NCBI GenBank assembly: GCA_938083195.1
Contig: CALKCK010000038.1
Location: 8,186 to 72,185, forward strand
DNA: 64,000 nt
From: an uncultured Pirellulaceae bacterium
GTDB lineage: Bacteria > Planctomycetota > Planctomycetia > Pirellulales > Pirellulaceae
Direction of reading: 5' to 3'
The position numbers and the translations under genes were made by a program. Below the pieces are notes generated by a model. That model saw only the letters and a program-made list of their open reading frames with translations. It did not search any database and was not told the origin of the DNA. Shown here in pieces: positions 1-10,100 of the stretch; the stretch's first letter is position 1; every line of letters starts with the position of its first letter.

Positions 1-2
1 AC

Positions 3-635
3 GGGGGAGGGCAGGGAGACATCGATGAAGAGACTTTTTCTGCTGACATGGCCGTCATCACATTTACAGGTGTGAATACTCACCCCGCCTATGGGAAAGA
101 TAAAATGATCAACGCGAACCGCGCGGTTGGCCATTTCCTCGCTTCGCTACCACCTGAACTTTCACCAGAGTGCACCGATGGAAGAGATGGGTTTCTTCAC
201 CCTTACGTCTTGGACGGCGGAGTCGCAGAATCGACTCTCAAAGTATTAATTCGCGATTTTGACACTTCGAAACTGAAAGCACATGCAGCCGTTTTAGAGC
301 AGGCCGCGACTCTCGTGAAATCAAAATGCCCAGGCATTCAGGTGAGCATCGAAATCGTTCAGCAGTATCGCAACATGGCCGACGGATTGGTCAATGAACC
401 ACGTGCTGTCGATTTTGCCGTCGAAGCACATCAAGCACTCGGACGAAGTTTTGAACGCACGATCGTTCGCGGGGGAACCGATGGCTCTCGATTAACGGAA
501 CTAGGACTACCCACGCCTAACCTCTCGTCAGGCCAACATAACATTCACTCGCCTCTGGAATGGGCCTGTCTCGATGAAATGACTGCGGCTGGTGAAGTTG
601 GAATTGAAATCGTCAAACGCTGGGCACGAGCCTGA
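3..635 (+). CDS. pepT: Peptidase T (M20B tripeptide aminopeptidase), C-terminal part; gene starts before the window
   Basis: The frame is open from nt 3 (GGGQGDIDEETFSAD, matching the PepT DGG..G.L..E.F.A motif). It contains GVNTHPAYGK, VRGGTDGSRL and PTPNLSSGQHNIHSPLEW. The ORF-track Met at 48 is internal. Confidence 0.9.
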   Translation, partial: GGGQGDIDEETFSADMAVITFTGVNTHPAYGKDKMINANRAVGHFLASLPPELSPECTDGRDGFLHPYVLDGGVAESTLKVLIRDFDTSKLKAHAAVLEQAATLVKSKCPGIQVSIEIVQQYRNMADGLVNEPRAVDFAVEAHQALGRSFERTIVRGGTDGSRLTELGLPTPNLSSGQHNIHSPLEWACLDEMTAAGEVGIEIVKRWARA

Positions 636-744
636 TTCCTTGGGCTGACTGGCAATGCGTAAAATAAACTGTGAACACCGAGCGTTGTGAGCGCCATCAC
701 ACAATCCTTGCTTTGAAAATTCTTTTATGATTGCCAAGCTAAAA

Positions 745-753
745 TGCTATAAT
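745..753 (+). promoter_or_regulatory. Putative extended -10 promoter element (TGnTATAAT) for the DUF1553/DUF1501 pair
   Basis: TGCTATAAT at 745-753, 70 nt upstream of ATG 823. No canonical -35 box at 17-bp spacing. Confidence 0.4.
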
Positions 754-822
754 GCATAGTGCGACCGCTAAAAAAATAGCCGCATTTGTTCATCTTGTAA
801 TAGACGGAACGATTTCGCCATC

Positions 823-3639
823 ATGCCTCGGTGCTACCCTCAAACATTGCTCTTTTGGATTGCCACAATCATTTTGGCATCAGGCTCTATCCGTGCGCAC
901 GCTGATGATGTTTTCACAAGCCGACAACTTGATTTTTTTGAAAACCGGATCCGCCCACTCCTAGTCCAGCACTGCATCGAGTGCCACGGCCCGGCCAAAT
1001 CAGAAAATGGACTTCGCCTTGATTCTAGGTCAGCGATCCTCTCTGGAGGTGACAGTGGCCCTGCCGCCATCGTCGGAACACCTCAACGCAGCCTCGTGAT
1101 CGAATCGGTTAGCCACTCTGGCGACTACGACATGCCGCCCAATAAAAAATTGGCCGATCAAGAAATAGCAGATCTGACCCAATGGGTTGCTATGAACCTC
1201 CCTTGGCCAAACAAGAACTCAGAATTAAAAGAGCTAACTCCTACAGAAAAAATCTACGACCACCGGAGCCATCACTGGGCATTTCAACCAGTGATTTCTC
1301 CACCAGTCCCACATGCCGACCAATCAACACGCACTGTTCTCGATCGTTTAGTACTCGCCAAACTCGAATCCAAGAAACTGGCTCTATCGCCTCGGGCCGA
1401 TCGCCGCACCCTAATTCGCCGAGCGACCTTTGACTTAACCGGCTTACCTCCCACCTTTAAACAGGTTGAGCAATTCACGAAGGACACATCACCCCAAGCC
1501 TACGAAAAACTAATCAACCGCCTCCTTGCATCACCAGCCTACGGTGAACGTTGGGCGCGTCACTGGCTAGATGTAGCACGGTATGCCGACACCAGCGGCT
1601 ACACACTGGACAACCAAGACAACCAGTATCCATTTGCTTTCACCTACCGCGACTATGTCATTGACTCACTTAACAATGACCTCCCATACGACGAATTCAT
1701 TCGCGAACAATTAGCCGCGGACTATTTGGAAATCCCGGAAGACAAGAAATCTTTAGCTGCACTTGGGTTCATTACGGTGGGTCGGAAATATCTTGCCCGA
1801 CCGGACACGATCGACGATCAAGTTGATGTCGTAACACGTGGGCTCATGGGTTTAACCGTGAGTTGTGCTCGCTGTCACGACCACAAATATGATGCCATTC
1901 CAACCCAGGACTATTATTCGCTCTATGGTATCTTCAACAATAACGTTGTCCCAAAAGAATTACCCCTCCTTGGAAAACCAGAACAACGAATGCAATTCCA
2001 AGCTTATTTTGATTCTCTCAAAATACAAAACGAACGCCTCAAAGCACTGCGAAAAAAGCATTACGAATCGCGATTGAAACACATTCGCAACAACTTCTCT
2101 GACTATATCGCCCATGTGATTGCTCCGAGGCAAGCGGACCTTATTGAATCTCAAATATTTACCAAGCTAACCCAAGCAGAAGTTCAATCGAACATTGTCA
2201 AACAGTGGCGAAGCTTCTTTTCGAAAAACCGCAATGAACCAACCGTGGTCAAACCAACGCTGGCTTTACTGGGAATCCCCGATGACCAATTTGCATTGAA
2301 AGCCAAACAGCAAATCGACCAGTGGGCGAAATCATCCAACCAGCAGACAGTTGGAGAGGAATATCTCCAACGCCTGATTGCCCAACCTCCACAGGCTAAA
2401 ATAGAACTCGCCCATGTGATTGGCCAACTCTTTTCGGAGACCATCACAAAATGGGTCGCAACTGGATCTCCCCAGCCCAAAAAAGGGAAATTCCCGTCTC
2501 CCGAAGACGGGCTTTCCAAATTAGTTTTTGCGAAAAATTCACCCGCGAATTTCCCTCTAAATGAACTGGACAATTATCTCGATCCATCCGCAAAAATCGA
2601 AATCCAAACCCTGAACAAAGAGATTGAGAAACTCAATGCCAATGCGCCTGACGGACTTGCTCGGGCGATGGTCATCCAAGATAAAAATAAAATCAACGAA
2701 ACACGCGTGATGATTCGCGGCAATCAGCACCGGCATGGCGACGTCGCTCCTCGTCAGTTCGTCGCTGTTTTGAGCCCACTGAAAGACGGGAAGATCCAAA
2801 GAGCGACCTTTAAAAACAAAAGTGGCAGGCTTGAATTGGCAAACAAAATTGCCAGTCCCAGCAATCCGTTGACAGCTCGCGTCTTTGTAAACCGCGTTTG
2901 GATGCACCATTTTTCTAAACCTTTAGTGAGTACGCCTAGTGATTTTGGCATTCGTTGCGCCCCTCCCATTCAAAGTGAACTCTTGGATTATCTCGCTGCC
3001 GAATTCATGAAAAACAACTGGTCCATCAAACAACTCCACAAAACCATCATGGTTTCAGACACCTACTGCCAAGCCAGCCAAGATCGCCCTCAGTGCGCTG
3101 ACGTTGACCCAGAAAACACGCTTCTCTGGAAAATGAATCGCCGACGTTTGGAATTTGAATCGCTTCGCGACTCAATGCTCGCTGTATCACAGCAACTCGA
3201 CTCTCGAATGCACGGGAAACCAGAAAATCTATTCGGCCCCACTCAGAGTCGACGAAAAACGATCTACGGTGTGATTGATCGCCAAAACTTACCCGGCATC
3301 TATCGTGTGTTTGACTTACCCAACCCTGACCAAAGCGCTGCAAAACGAATCCGCACCACGGTTCCACAGCAATCATTGTTTATGATCAACTCTCCCTTCG
3401 TAGTCGCGCAAGCAGATCACTTAATAAAAGATGTCGTTAACAATAGTGATTCTCAATTTGTAAAAATCAAACAACTTTATCAAACGCTGTTTCAACGCGA
3501 ACCCACTTCACTGGAAATTGAAGTGGGTGCTCAATACATCCAATCTGCCCAACTCTCCCATACGCCAAACAACCTTGCTCCGTTGGCGAGATACGCACAA
3601 CTTCTACTCTGCACCAACGAATTTGAATTTATCGATTGA
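823..3639 (+). CDS. Planctomycete cytochrome c (PSCyt1) + DUF1549 + DUF1553 domain protein
   Basis: Signal peptide. CIECH heme-binding motif (973-987). ADRRTLIRRATFDLTGLPP, YGERWARHWLDVARYAD, second CxxCH (CARCHDHKYD, 1864-1878), NPLTARVFVNRVW and RRLEFESLRDSML motifs. Confidence 0.9.
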   Translation: MPRCYPQTLLFWIATIILASGSIRAHADDVFTSRQLDFFENRIRPLLVQHCIECHGPAKSENGLRLDSRSAILSGGDSGPAAIVGTPQRSLVIESVSHSGDYDMPPNKKLADQEIADLTQWVAMNLPWPNKNSELKELTPTEKIYDHRSHHWAFQPVISPPVPHADQSTRTVLDRLVLAKLESKKLALSPRADRRTLIRRATFDLTGLPPTFKQVEQFTKDTSPQAYEKLINRLLASPAYGERWARHWLDVARYADTSGYTLDNQDNQYPFAFTYRDYVIDSLNNDLPYDEFIREQLAADYLEIPEDKKSLAALGFITVGRKYLARPDTIDDQVDVVTRGLMGLTVSCARCHDHKYDAIPTQDYYSLYGIFNNNVVPKELPLLGKPEQRMQFQAYFDSLKIQNERLKALRKKHYESRLKHIRNNFSDYIAHVIAPRQADLIESQIFTKLTQAEVQSNIVKQWRSFFSKNRNEPTVVKPTLALLGIPDDQFALKAKQQIDQWAKSSNQQTVGEEYLQRLIAQPPQAKIELAHVIGQLFSETITKWVATGSPQPKKGKFPSPEDGLSKLVFAKNSPANFPLNELDNYLDPSAKIEIQTLNKEIEKLNANAPDGLARAMVIQDKNKINETRVMIRGNQHRHGDVAPRQFVAVLSPLKDGKIQRATFKNKSGRLELANKIASPSNPLTARVFVNRVWMHHFSKPLVSTPSDFGIRCAPPIQSELLDYLAAEFMKNNWSIKQLHKTIMVSDTYCQASQDRPQCADVDPENTLLWKMNRRRLEFESLRDSMLAVSQQLDSRMHGKPENLFGPTQSRRKTIYGVIDRQNLPGIYRVFDLPNPDQSAAKRIRTTVPQQSLFMINSPFVVAQADHLIKDVVNNSDSQFVKIKQLYQTLFQREPTSLEIEVGAQYIQSAQLSHTPNNLAPLARYAQLLLCTNEFEFID

Positions 3640-3674
3640 AGTTTAAAAAGGTGCTGGCGGAACAGAAAAACCCT

Positions 3675-5129
3675 ATGATGCAAAATAAGAATACAAGTGA
3701 CTGCTCACTCAGTCGCCGTAGTCTGCTCAAGCGGTGCGGCACAGGCTTAGCGGCCTTTGGCCTTGCTGGACTATTACGCGATGACCGAATGCTGCATGCG
3801 TCAACTTCGACGACCGACGAAGCCTTGAATCCATTACTTTCCAAACCTCCTCACTTCCCGGGAAAAGCCAAACGCGTCATTCATCTCTTCATGAATGGAG
3901 GCCCGTCCCACGTCGACACGTTTGATTACAAACCTGAATTGCAAAAACGAGATGGCCAAAAACTTCCATTCAATCTGAAAACGGAGCGGAAGACCGGCGT
4001 CGCACTCGCCTCCCCATTCAAATTTAAACGCTATGGAGAATCGGGAATCCATGTCAGCGAACTTTTCCACCATACTGCTCAACACATTGACGATATCGCT
4101 GTCATCAACTCAATGCACGCCGACGTTCCTAACCACGAACCCTCACTCTTATTGATGAATTGCGGTGAGTCGCGACTGGTTCGACCAAGTGTTGGTTCCT
4201 GGATTACCTACGGCTTGGGAACTGAAAATCAAAACCTGCCCGGCTACATTGCACTTTGCCCCGGTGGCTACCCCATTAAAGATACACAAAACTGGCAGTC
4301 AGCATTCCTACCGGGAGTGTTTCAGGGAACTCACGTCGATACCAAACACAAGTCCATCGAAAAACTTATCGAACATGTTACCAACGCAAAATTAACTCGA
4401 GACCAACAACGTCAACAACTTAACACCCTTAATCGCTTGAACCAGATTCACCGCGAACAGGCAGGAACAGACCCCGCACTCGAAGCGAGAATTCAATCGT
4501 ACGAACTGGCCTTTCGGATGCAAATGGAAGCGACAGACGTTTTTGACATTTCCAGAGAACCACAACATGTCCTCGATGCCTATGGAAAAGGAGTCAATGC
4601 CCGACAGCTTCTCATTGCTCGAAGATTGGTCGAACGAGGAGTGCGATACGTTCAAGTCTGGCATGGGAGCGGGCAACCGTGGGACAACCACGATGATCTC
4701 GAAGTCAATCATCGGCGACTCGCCGGAGAGTGTGACCAAGGAATTGGTGCTCTATTAAATGATCTAAAGCAACGAGGTTTACTAGATGAAACACTCGTTA
4801 TCTGGGGGGGAGAATTTGGCCGCACCCCCGTCGTTGAAATGCCCACGCCAGGATCCAATGCTGGCAAAATAAATGGGCGTGATCACAACCACCATGGGTT
4901 CACTGTCTGGATGGCAGGAGGGGGCGTCAAAGGTGGACAAACTTACGGCGCTACCGACGAGTTCGGATTCAAAGCAACTGAAAATCCCGTACACGTCCAC
5001 GACCTCCACGCAACGATGCTCCAACTCCTCGGCTTCAATCACAAACAACTCACCTATCGATACGCAGGACGCGACTTTCGTTTGACAGACGTTCACGGCA
5101 ATGTCATTCACGATTTAATTGATAGCTAG
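3675..5129 (+). CDS. DUF1501 domain protein with Tat-like signal
   Basis: SRRSLLK twin-Arg motif, AKRVIHLFMNGGPSHVDTFDYKP, WGGEFGRTP and GRDH motifs. Start moved to ATG 3675 (ORF-track start 3636 overlaps the upstream stop). Confidence 0.88.
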   Translation: MMQNKNTSDCSLSRRSLLKRCGTGLAAFGLAGLLRDDRMLHASTSTTDEALNPLLSKPPHFPGKAKRVIHLFMNGGPSHVDTFDYKPELQKRDGQKLPFNLKTERKTGVALASPFKFKRYGESGIHVSELFHHTAQHIDDIAVINSMHADVPNHEPSLLLMNCGESRLVRPSVGSWITYGLGTENQNLPGYIALCPGGYPIKDTQNWQSAFLPGVFQGTHVDTKHKSIEKLIEHVTNAKLTRDQQRQQLNTLNRLNQIHREQAGTDPALEARIQSYELAFRMQMEATDVFDISREPQHVLDAYGKGVNARQLLIARRLVERGVRYVQVWHGSGQPWDNHDDLEVNHRRLAGECDQGIGALLNDLKQRGLLDETLVIWGGEFGRTPVVEMPTPGSNAGKINGRDHNHHGFTVWMAGGGVKGGQTYGATDEFGFKATENPVHVHDLHATMLQLLGFNHKQLTYRYAGRDFRLTDVHGNVIHDLIDS

Positions 5130-5364
5130 TTCCAATCAACCTTGGTTACGCTAGCATTTGCCCAAACTACCTTCAGAAACATCTATTCCCGCTCGCCTTA
5201 AACACGTCCATTGGCCCCTCGATCCATGTGCCAACTGCGCAGTGCGAGATTCATCTTTGAGATATTGCGGGTGCAGCATAGAATTTTGATCACTTGTAAC
5301 CCAAGTCTCTCCCTGCATTTGCGACCACGCAATGAGCGAGCGCACATGACGGCAAGGAAGCCCA

Positions 5365-8300
5365 ATGTCTCAAACTGATCAACCTGAAGATGTATTTGAA
5401 ACCACCGAGGTAAGCCAACCTCCGCGCAAGCGGCGATGGAAATGGCTATTCCTGTCAGTCATTGCAATCATTTTGATCTTTCCGAATCTCCTCGGCTGGA
5501 TTGGTTTACAGCAAACAGCCATCGATTTTGTCTTAAAAGATTTTAAGGGAAAGATCTCTGTTGAACAGGCAGCATTTGGTTGGATACAGCCCATCGAACT
5601 ACATGGCGTGACAGCTATTGATGAGGAGGGAAATCTACTCTTCACAACAATGGAAATCACCTCCTCCAAGCCGCTGTACTCGTTCCTGTTTTCGGAAGAC
5701 ATGGGGATGTTCGAGGTTCGCGAGCCTACCGTACATTTAAAACTTCGACCCGATGGTAGCAACCTAGAAGAAGCACTATCGCAGTACCTCACGGTTTCCG
5801 AAAAATCAAAATCAACGCAACCGAAGGACTCAAGCGAGATTGCGCAAACTTCGCTCAACTCCAAACTCTTCCTCAACATTATTGATGGGCAAGTGATTAT
5901 TTCAACGACCTACTCTAACGAGGCGTGGCAGGTCGACGATTTAAACATAATCACTCAGTTAAACTGCGAGACCGCTCCCTTGGTCATCGACGCCAAATGT
6001 CAGATCACGCCCTTTGAACTGGACAGCCAAGGTGCCCCCAAAATGCTCTCACCGGGAGCCTTGGCTTTTAGCTCTCAGGTCGATGCTGGACAGAAAGCCC
6101 TGACCTTTGACTCAATCGATTTCCTCCTCAACACTCGAACGTTGCCGCTTTCGGTTACCAGCCCAATCCTGGAGCGGATTTTTGGTCCCACGGCAACGGC
6201 CGGTACGCTGAGTGGAAAAATTGAAGCGACCTATACCTCATCGAAACAATCGCTGAATGTTACCGTTCAACAGATTGACATTCGCGACTTTGGATTTGCA
6301 TCCCCCAACTTAATTGGAACCGACCAACTCGCGGCTAACAACATTACAGCCCAAGGTGGACTGTTGTTGTCACCTTCGACGGTAGCCGGCCAGCAATTTA
6401 AAATCCAAAGTGATTTCGGCACAATTCGGGCGAATGGAACCCTCTCCATTCAACAACTGAATCAACTCACTCAAACTGGCCAACTTCCCAGCGAGCCGTT
6501 TGAACTAGACGGAACCATCGACTTGGCCAAGTCGATTCAAATGTTACGCTCAACCCTCAAGCTACACGACGATTTAATCGTCAATTCTGGAACGCTGACG
6601 TTTCAGGCAGGCAGCCAAATCGAAAAAAATGTCAAACGCATGGTCGTCAATATGGACGCTGCTAATTTAAATGCGATTCGGGGCACTCGGGCTTTTACCT
6701 GGGCAAAACCACTTCGAGTCGTCGGAACGATTGAGGAATCAAAAAATGGTTTAGCCATCAATAACATACTATGTACCACGGATTTCCTTACGCTCCGCGG
6801 AAACGCCGACACCAAGACCGGCGATTTCACGGCCAACGGAGACCTGGGGAATTTAACCCAGCGACTGGAACAATTCATCGACCTAAAAGGGTGGAAATTT
6901 GCCGGTACCCTCGCCGGTAAATTTGGCTGGCAATTTGAACCCCCGCCCGTTCAAACTGCTGGTGCGGCCGAATCGAACTCAATTTTAGTCAAGGGCGATT
7001 TCAATATCACACAGCCTACGATCTCGGGACCAGACATGCCATTGTGGCAACACAGTGCTCTGGACATTACCGCTTCGACTGCCTTGCAACCCCATTCCGT
7101 CAAATCAATTGGACTCGACCGAACCAACATTGAACTTCGTTCTGGGAAAGAAACGTTCGCGATCGAATTGGCAGAACCTTGCAAAGACCTGTTCCAACAA
7201 AATGTCTGGAAAGCAAATTGCCAGATCACAGGCCCGGTTGCCAACTGGCTCACCGAATTGAACGCGTTTGTCGACTTGCGCGACGTACAAGCTTCCGGAG
7301 AACTAGGGATCACCTGTAACGCAACGGTTGACAGTGAAAAAATTGAGCTCAACAACATCGACTATCACATTGATGATCTTTTCTTCAATGGGTTCGGACT
7401 AAAATTAAACGAACCGCGAACTGTCGGGAACGCGCTGCTGGTTTACCAAATGGCGACGGGGGATATTGAAATCGAAACTGCTACAGTTTCTAACAATTCA
7501 GTAATCGCGGAGAGCAAAGATATTCGAATTTCATTCCCAGGCTATTTGCAGGTCGAAGGAAGCGTCGGTTTCCGCGGGGATATTAATCGCATTTCACATT
7601 GCCTCGAACTCTCACCCACCAACGAAAGTATTTTTTGGTACGGAGGGCTTGAAGGCACCGCAATTCTAGGCTCCAACGAAAACGGAATTGGATGCAGAAT
7701 CAATTCAACCATCAGCGACCTTTCTCTGCATCGACAAGTTGACGTCGTAATCAATCAAGCTCAAACGCTATCCAATGGACAGACACTTCAAGCAGGGCAG
7801 GTTATCCGCCAATGGAAAGAAATCTGGCTAGACTCAAAAGTTGACCTAATGGGCGACATTTCTCTTGCCACAAATTTTGATGCAATAGGATTTCAGAAAG
7901 TCAAACTTGAGTCTGCAAGTCTCTATGCAACACTCGATGGTTCGATTCATGATCTCGGAAAGACCATGCAAGCCGATCTCAGAGGCACTTGGAAACCAGG
8001 TTGGGAAAAAATTAATCAAGCCCTTCAATCCAACTTCGGGGGGCTGTTCGAATTATCTGGAAACCAGCTTGATCAGTATGTCATCCAAGGCCCTGTTTTT
8101 GAACCAGTAAATACAACGTCAGGGCAAGCCAGCCCATTGTCGTCTGATCTTCAAGCAACGGCAAACCTCAATTGGAATTCTGGAAAGCTCTTGGGAGTTC
8201 CAGTCGGTGCCAGCAAACTGGATTTCCTACTTCAACAAAAAATTGCTGACCTGAGGACCGATGGAATTCCTTTCGCCGGAGGTTCCATTCAGTTAAATCC

Positions 8301-9138
8301 AAAAATAGATCTGCGGGGCGAAGAACCCATGATTCGCATGACACCCACTCGGGTGATCGACAACGTCGCTCTTGACGCTGAAACAGCTCATCAATGGCTA
8401 AGCTATATCGCACCCATGATGGCTGATTCCACCTCAGCTGAAGGAAGCTTCACGGTCGATATCGGTTCTGCAGCGATCCCTGCCTTTGACCCTCTGGGAA
8501 TGGAACTCTCTGGCACCATTCATCTTTCAGACCTGCAAGTAGGTGCAAGCCCGATGACGCGACAGTTGATCGGCACCATCAAACAATTGCGAAATTTGAT
8601 GAAGCCAAACTCGGCCGCAGCGAACGCAAATGATTTGATCCGCATGAGTCCTCAGTCCGTTCCGTTCGTCGTCAAAGACGAACGCATTTATCATGAAACC
8701 ATGACCATTCAGCACAAAGACCTCGTTTTTCAAACCAAGGGAAGTGTCGGATTCGATCAAACGCTGGACATGATCGCTGAAATCCAAATTGCTGACGATT
8801 GGATTGAAGGAAAACCACTTTTGGCTGGCCTTCGAGGACGCTCTATTTCGATCCCCGTTCGTGGAACTGTTTCCAAACCATTGTTGGATAAAAACGTAAT
8901 CAAAAACTTCTCTCAAAACCTAGTGAACAAAGCAACCGGTGGATTGTTGAATGAAAAAATCCAACAAGAACGCGACAAGTTATTTGGTAAAATTGGGGAA
9001 GAACTGGGAATCCCAACTGCCAATCAACCGGGTCTCAACAACGGAACGAATTCCTCCACCAATTTTGATCCCAATCAGCTCGAAGAGAAAATCCAGGGAG
9101 AGTTAATCAAAGGAATTGGAAATTTGTTTGGAAAGTGA
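5365..9138 (+). CDS. Large AsmA-like / TamB-like membrane-anchored beta-rich protein
   Basis: 1257 aa. Single N-terminal TM helix after RKRR, a long run of amphipathic beta-strand-like segments, and an AsmA-like C-terminus (FQTKGSVGFDQTLDMIAEI...SIPVRGTVSKP). AAGGAAG RBS upstream. Confidence 0.6.
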   Translation: MSQTDQPEDVFETTEVSQPPRKRRWKWLFLSVIAIILIFPNLLGWIGLQQTAIDFVLKDFKGKISVEQAAFGWIQPIELHGVTAIDEEGNLLFTTMEITSSKPLYSFLFSEDMGMFEVREPTVHLKLRPDGSNLEEALSQYLTVSEKSKSTQPKDSSEIAQTSLNSKLFLNIIDGQVIISTTYSNEAWQVDDLNIITQLNCETAPLVIDAKCQITPFELDSQGAPKMLSPGALAFSSQVDAGQKALTFDSIDFLLNTRTLPLSVTSPILERIFGPTATAGTLSGKIEATYTSSKQSLNVTVQQIDIRDFGFASPNLIGTDQLAANNITAQGGLLLSPSTVAGQQFKIQSDFGTIRANGTLSIQQLNQLTQTGQLPSEPFELDGTIDLAKSIQMLRSTLKLHDDLIVNSGTLTFQAGSQIEKNVKRMVVNMDAANLNAIRGTRAFTWAKPLRVVGTIEESKNGLAINNILCTTDFLTLRGNADTKTGDFTANGDLGNLTQRLEQFIDLKGWKFAGTLAGKFGWQFEPPPVQTAGAAESNSILVKGDFNITQPTISGPDMPLWQHSALDITASTALQPHSVKSIGLDRTNIELRSGKETFAIELAEPCKDLFQQNVWKANCQITGPVANWLTELNAFVDLRDVQASGELGITCNATVDSEKIELNNIDYHIDDLFFNGFGLKLNEPRTVGNALLVYQMATGDIEIETATVSNNSVIAESKDIRISFPGYLQVEGSVGFRGDINRISHCLELSPTNESIFWYGGLEGTAILGSNENGIGCRINSTISDLSLHRQVDVVINQAQTLSNGQTLQAGQVIRQWKEIWLDSKVDLMGDISLATNFDAIGFQKVKLESASLYATLDGSIHDLGKTMQADLRGTWKPGWEKINQALQSNFGGLFELSGNQLDQYVIQGPVFEPVNTTSGQASPLSSDLQATANLNWNSGKLLGVPVGASKLDFLLQQKIADLRTDGIPFAGGSIQLNPKIDLRGEEPMIRMTPTRVIDNVALDAETAHQWLSYIAPMMADSTSAEGSFTVDIGSAAIPAFDPLGMELSGTIHLSDLQVGASPMTRQLIGTIKQLRNLMKPNSAAANANDLIRMSPQSVPFVVKDERIYHETMTIQHKDLVFQTKGSVGFDQTLDMIAEIQIADDWIEGKPLLAGLRGRSISIPVRGTVSKPLLDKNVIKNFSQNLVNKATGGLLNEKIQQERDKLFGKIGEELGIPTANQPGLNNGTNSSTNFDPNQLEEKIQGELIKGIGNLFGK

Positions 9139-9294
9139 CGGCTTTTTAGCAAAGCATCTAGACCATTGTTTTTCCCTCACTTGCTCTGATTTGGCGTTTC
9201 GACGGACTCACACCTGTTGTTAATCGTCTAAACTAATTGTCAATTCTCCGCCGTTGGCGATCGCTTAGTACACTCTTTCCCCGAAGAGGCAAAT

Positions 9295-10038
9295 GTGAAA
9301 TTACACTTCCTTGGCACGACGGGATACCACCCTAACAACCAACGGCAAACAGCGTGCCTTATGCTCCCCGAGTTGGGCATCATTTTCGACGCAGGCACTG
9401 GGATATTCCGCGCCCGCGACCTTATTCAGACTGACACGCTGGATATTTTCCTAACGCACATCCATCTGGATCATTGCATCGGACTGACATTCCTCTACGA
9501 CGTTCTTTATCAAAAAGAAATGCAACGGGTAACGGTCCATCTCGCTGAGGACAAAATTGAAGCGATTGAGAAACATCTTTTTAGCGAACCGCTCTTTCCC
9601 GTCAAACCAAATTTTGATTTCCAACCCCTTTCCGACCGCCCCGTGACCCTTAGCGATGGGTCTCAACTGCTCGCCATCCCATTGGATCACCCCGGCGGCG
9701 CTCACGGTTTTCGAATCGATTGGCCAGACCGATCTTGCGCCTACATCACTGACACCACCGCATCAGTTAATGCAAAATACGTGGAGGCCGTTGGAAATGT
9801 AAATACACTAATCCACGAATGTTACTTTCCTGATGGTTGGGAGTCCAAGGCAAAACTAACAGGGCACAGTTGCCTGACTCCGGTCGCACAAGTGGCCGCA
9901 GCCGCTAACGCAGATCGACTTTTTCTGGTGCACGTCAACCCGCTTGACGAGTCGCCCCAACCTCTCGATCTCGAGTCAGTTAGCCCAATCTTTACCCCGA
10001 TCACCATTGCGGAAGACCACATGACGATAGAGGTCTAG
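9295..10038 (+). CDS. MBL-fold metallo-hydrolase, RNase Z/BN-like
   Basis: GTG start. MKLHFLGT.G, FDAGTG, THIHLDH (HxHxDH), YITDT, LIHEC and LVH motifs. Confidence 0.8.
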   Translation: MKLHFLGTTGYHPNNQRQTACLMLPELGIIFDAGTGIFRARDLIQTDTLDIFLTHIHLDHCIGLTFLYDVLYQKEMQRVTVHLAEDKIEAIEKHLFSEPLFPVKPNFDFQPLSDRPVTLSDGSQLLAIPLDHPGGAHGFRIDWPDRSCAYITDTTASVNAKYVEAVGNVNTLIHECYFPDGWESKAKLTGHSCLTPVAQVAAAANADRLFLVHVNPLDESPQPLDLESVSPIFTPITIAEDHMTIEV

Positions 10039-10100
10039 AGGCAAGGCTATTGTGATCACGTCATCCTTCCCTTTTGGCTCAAAATCTGAGCTGCACGGGA

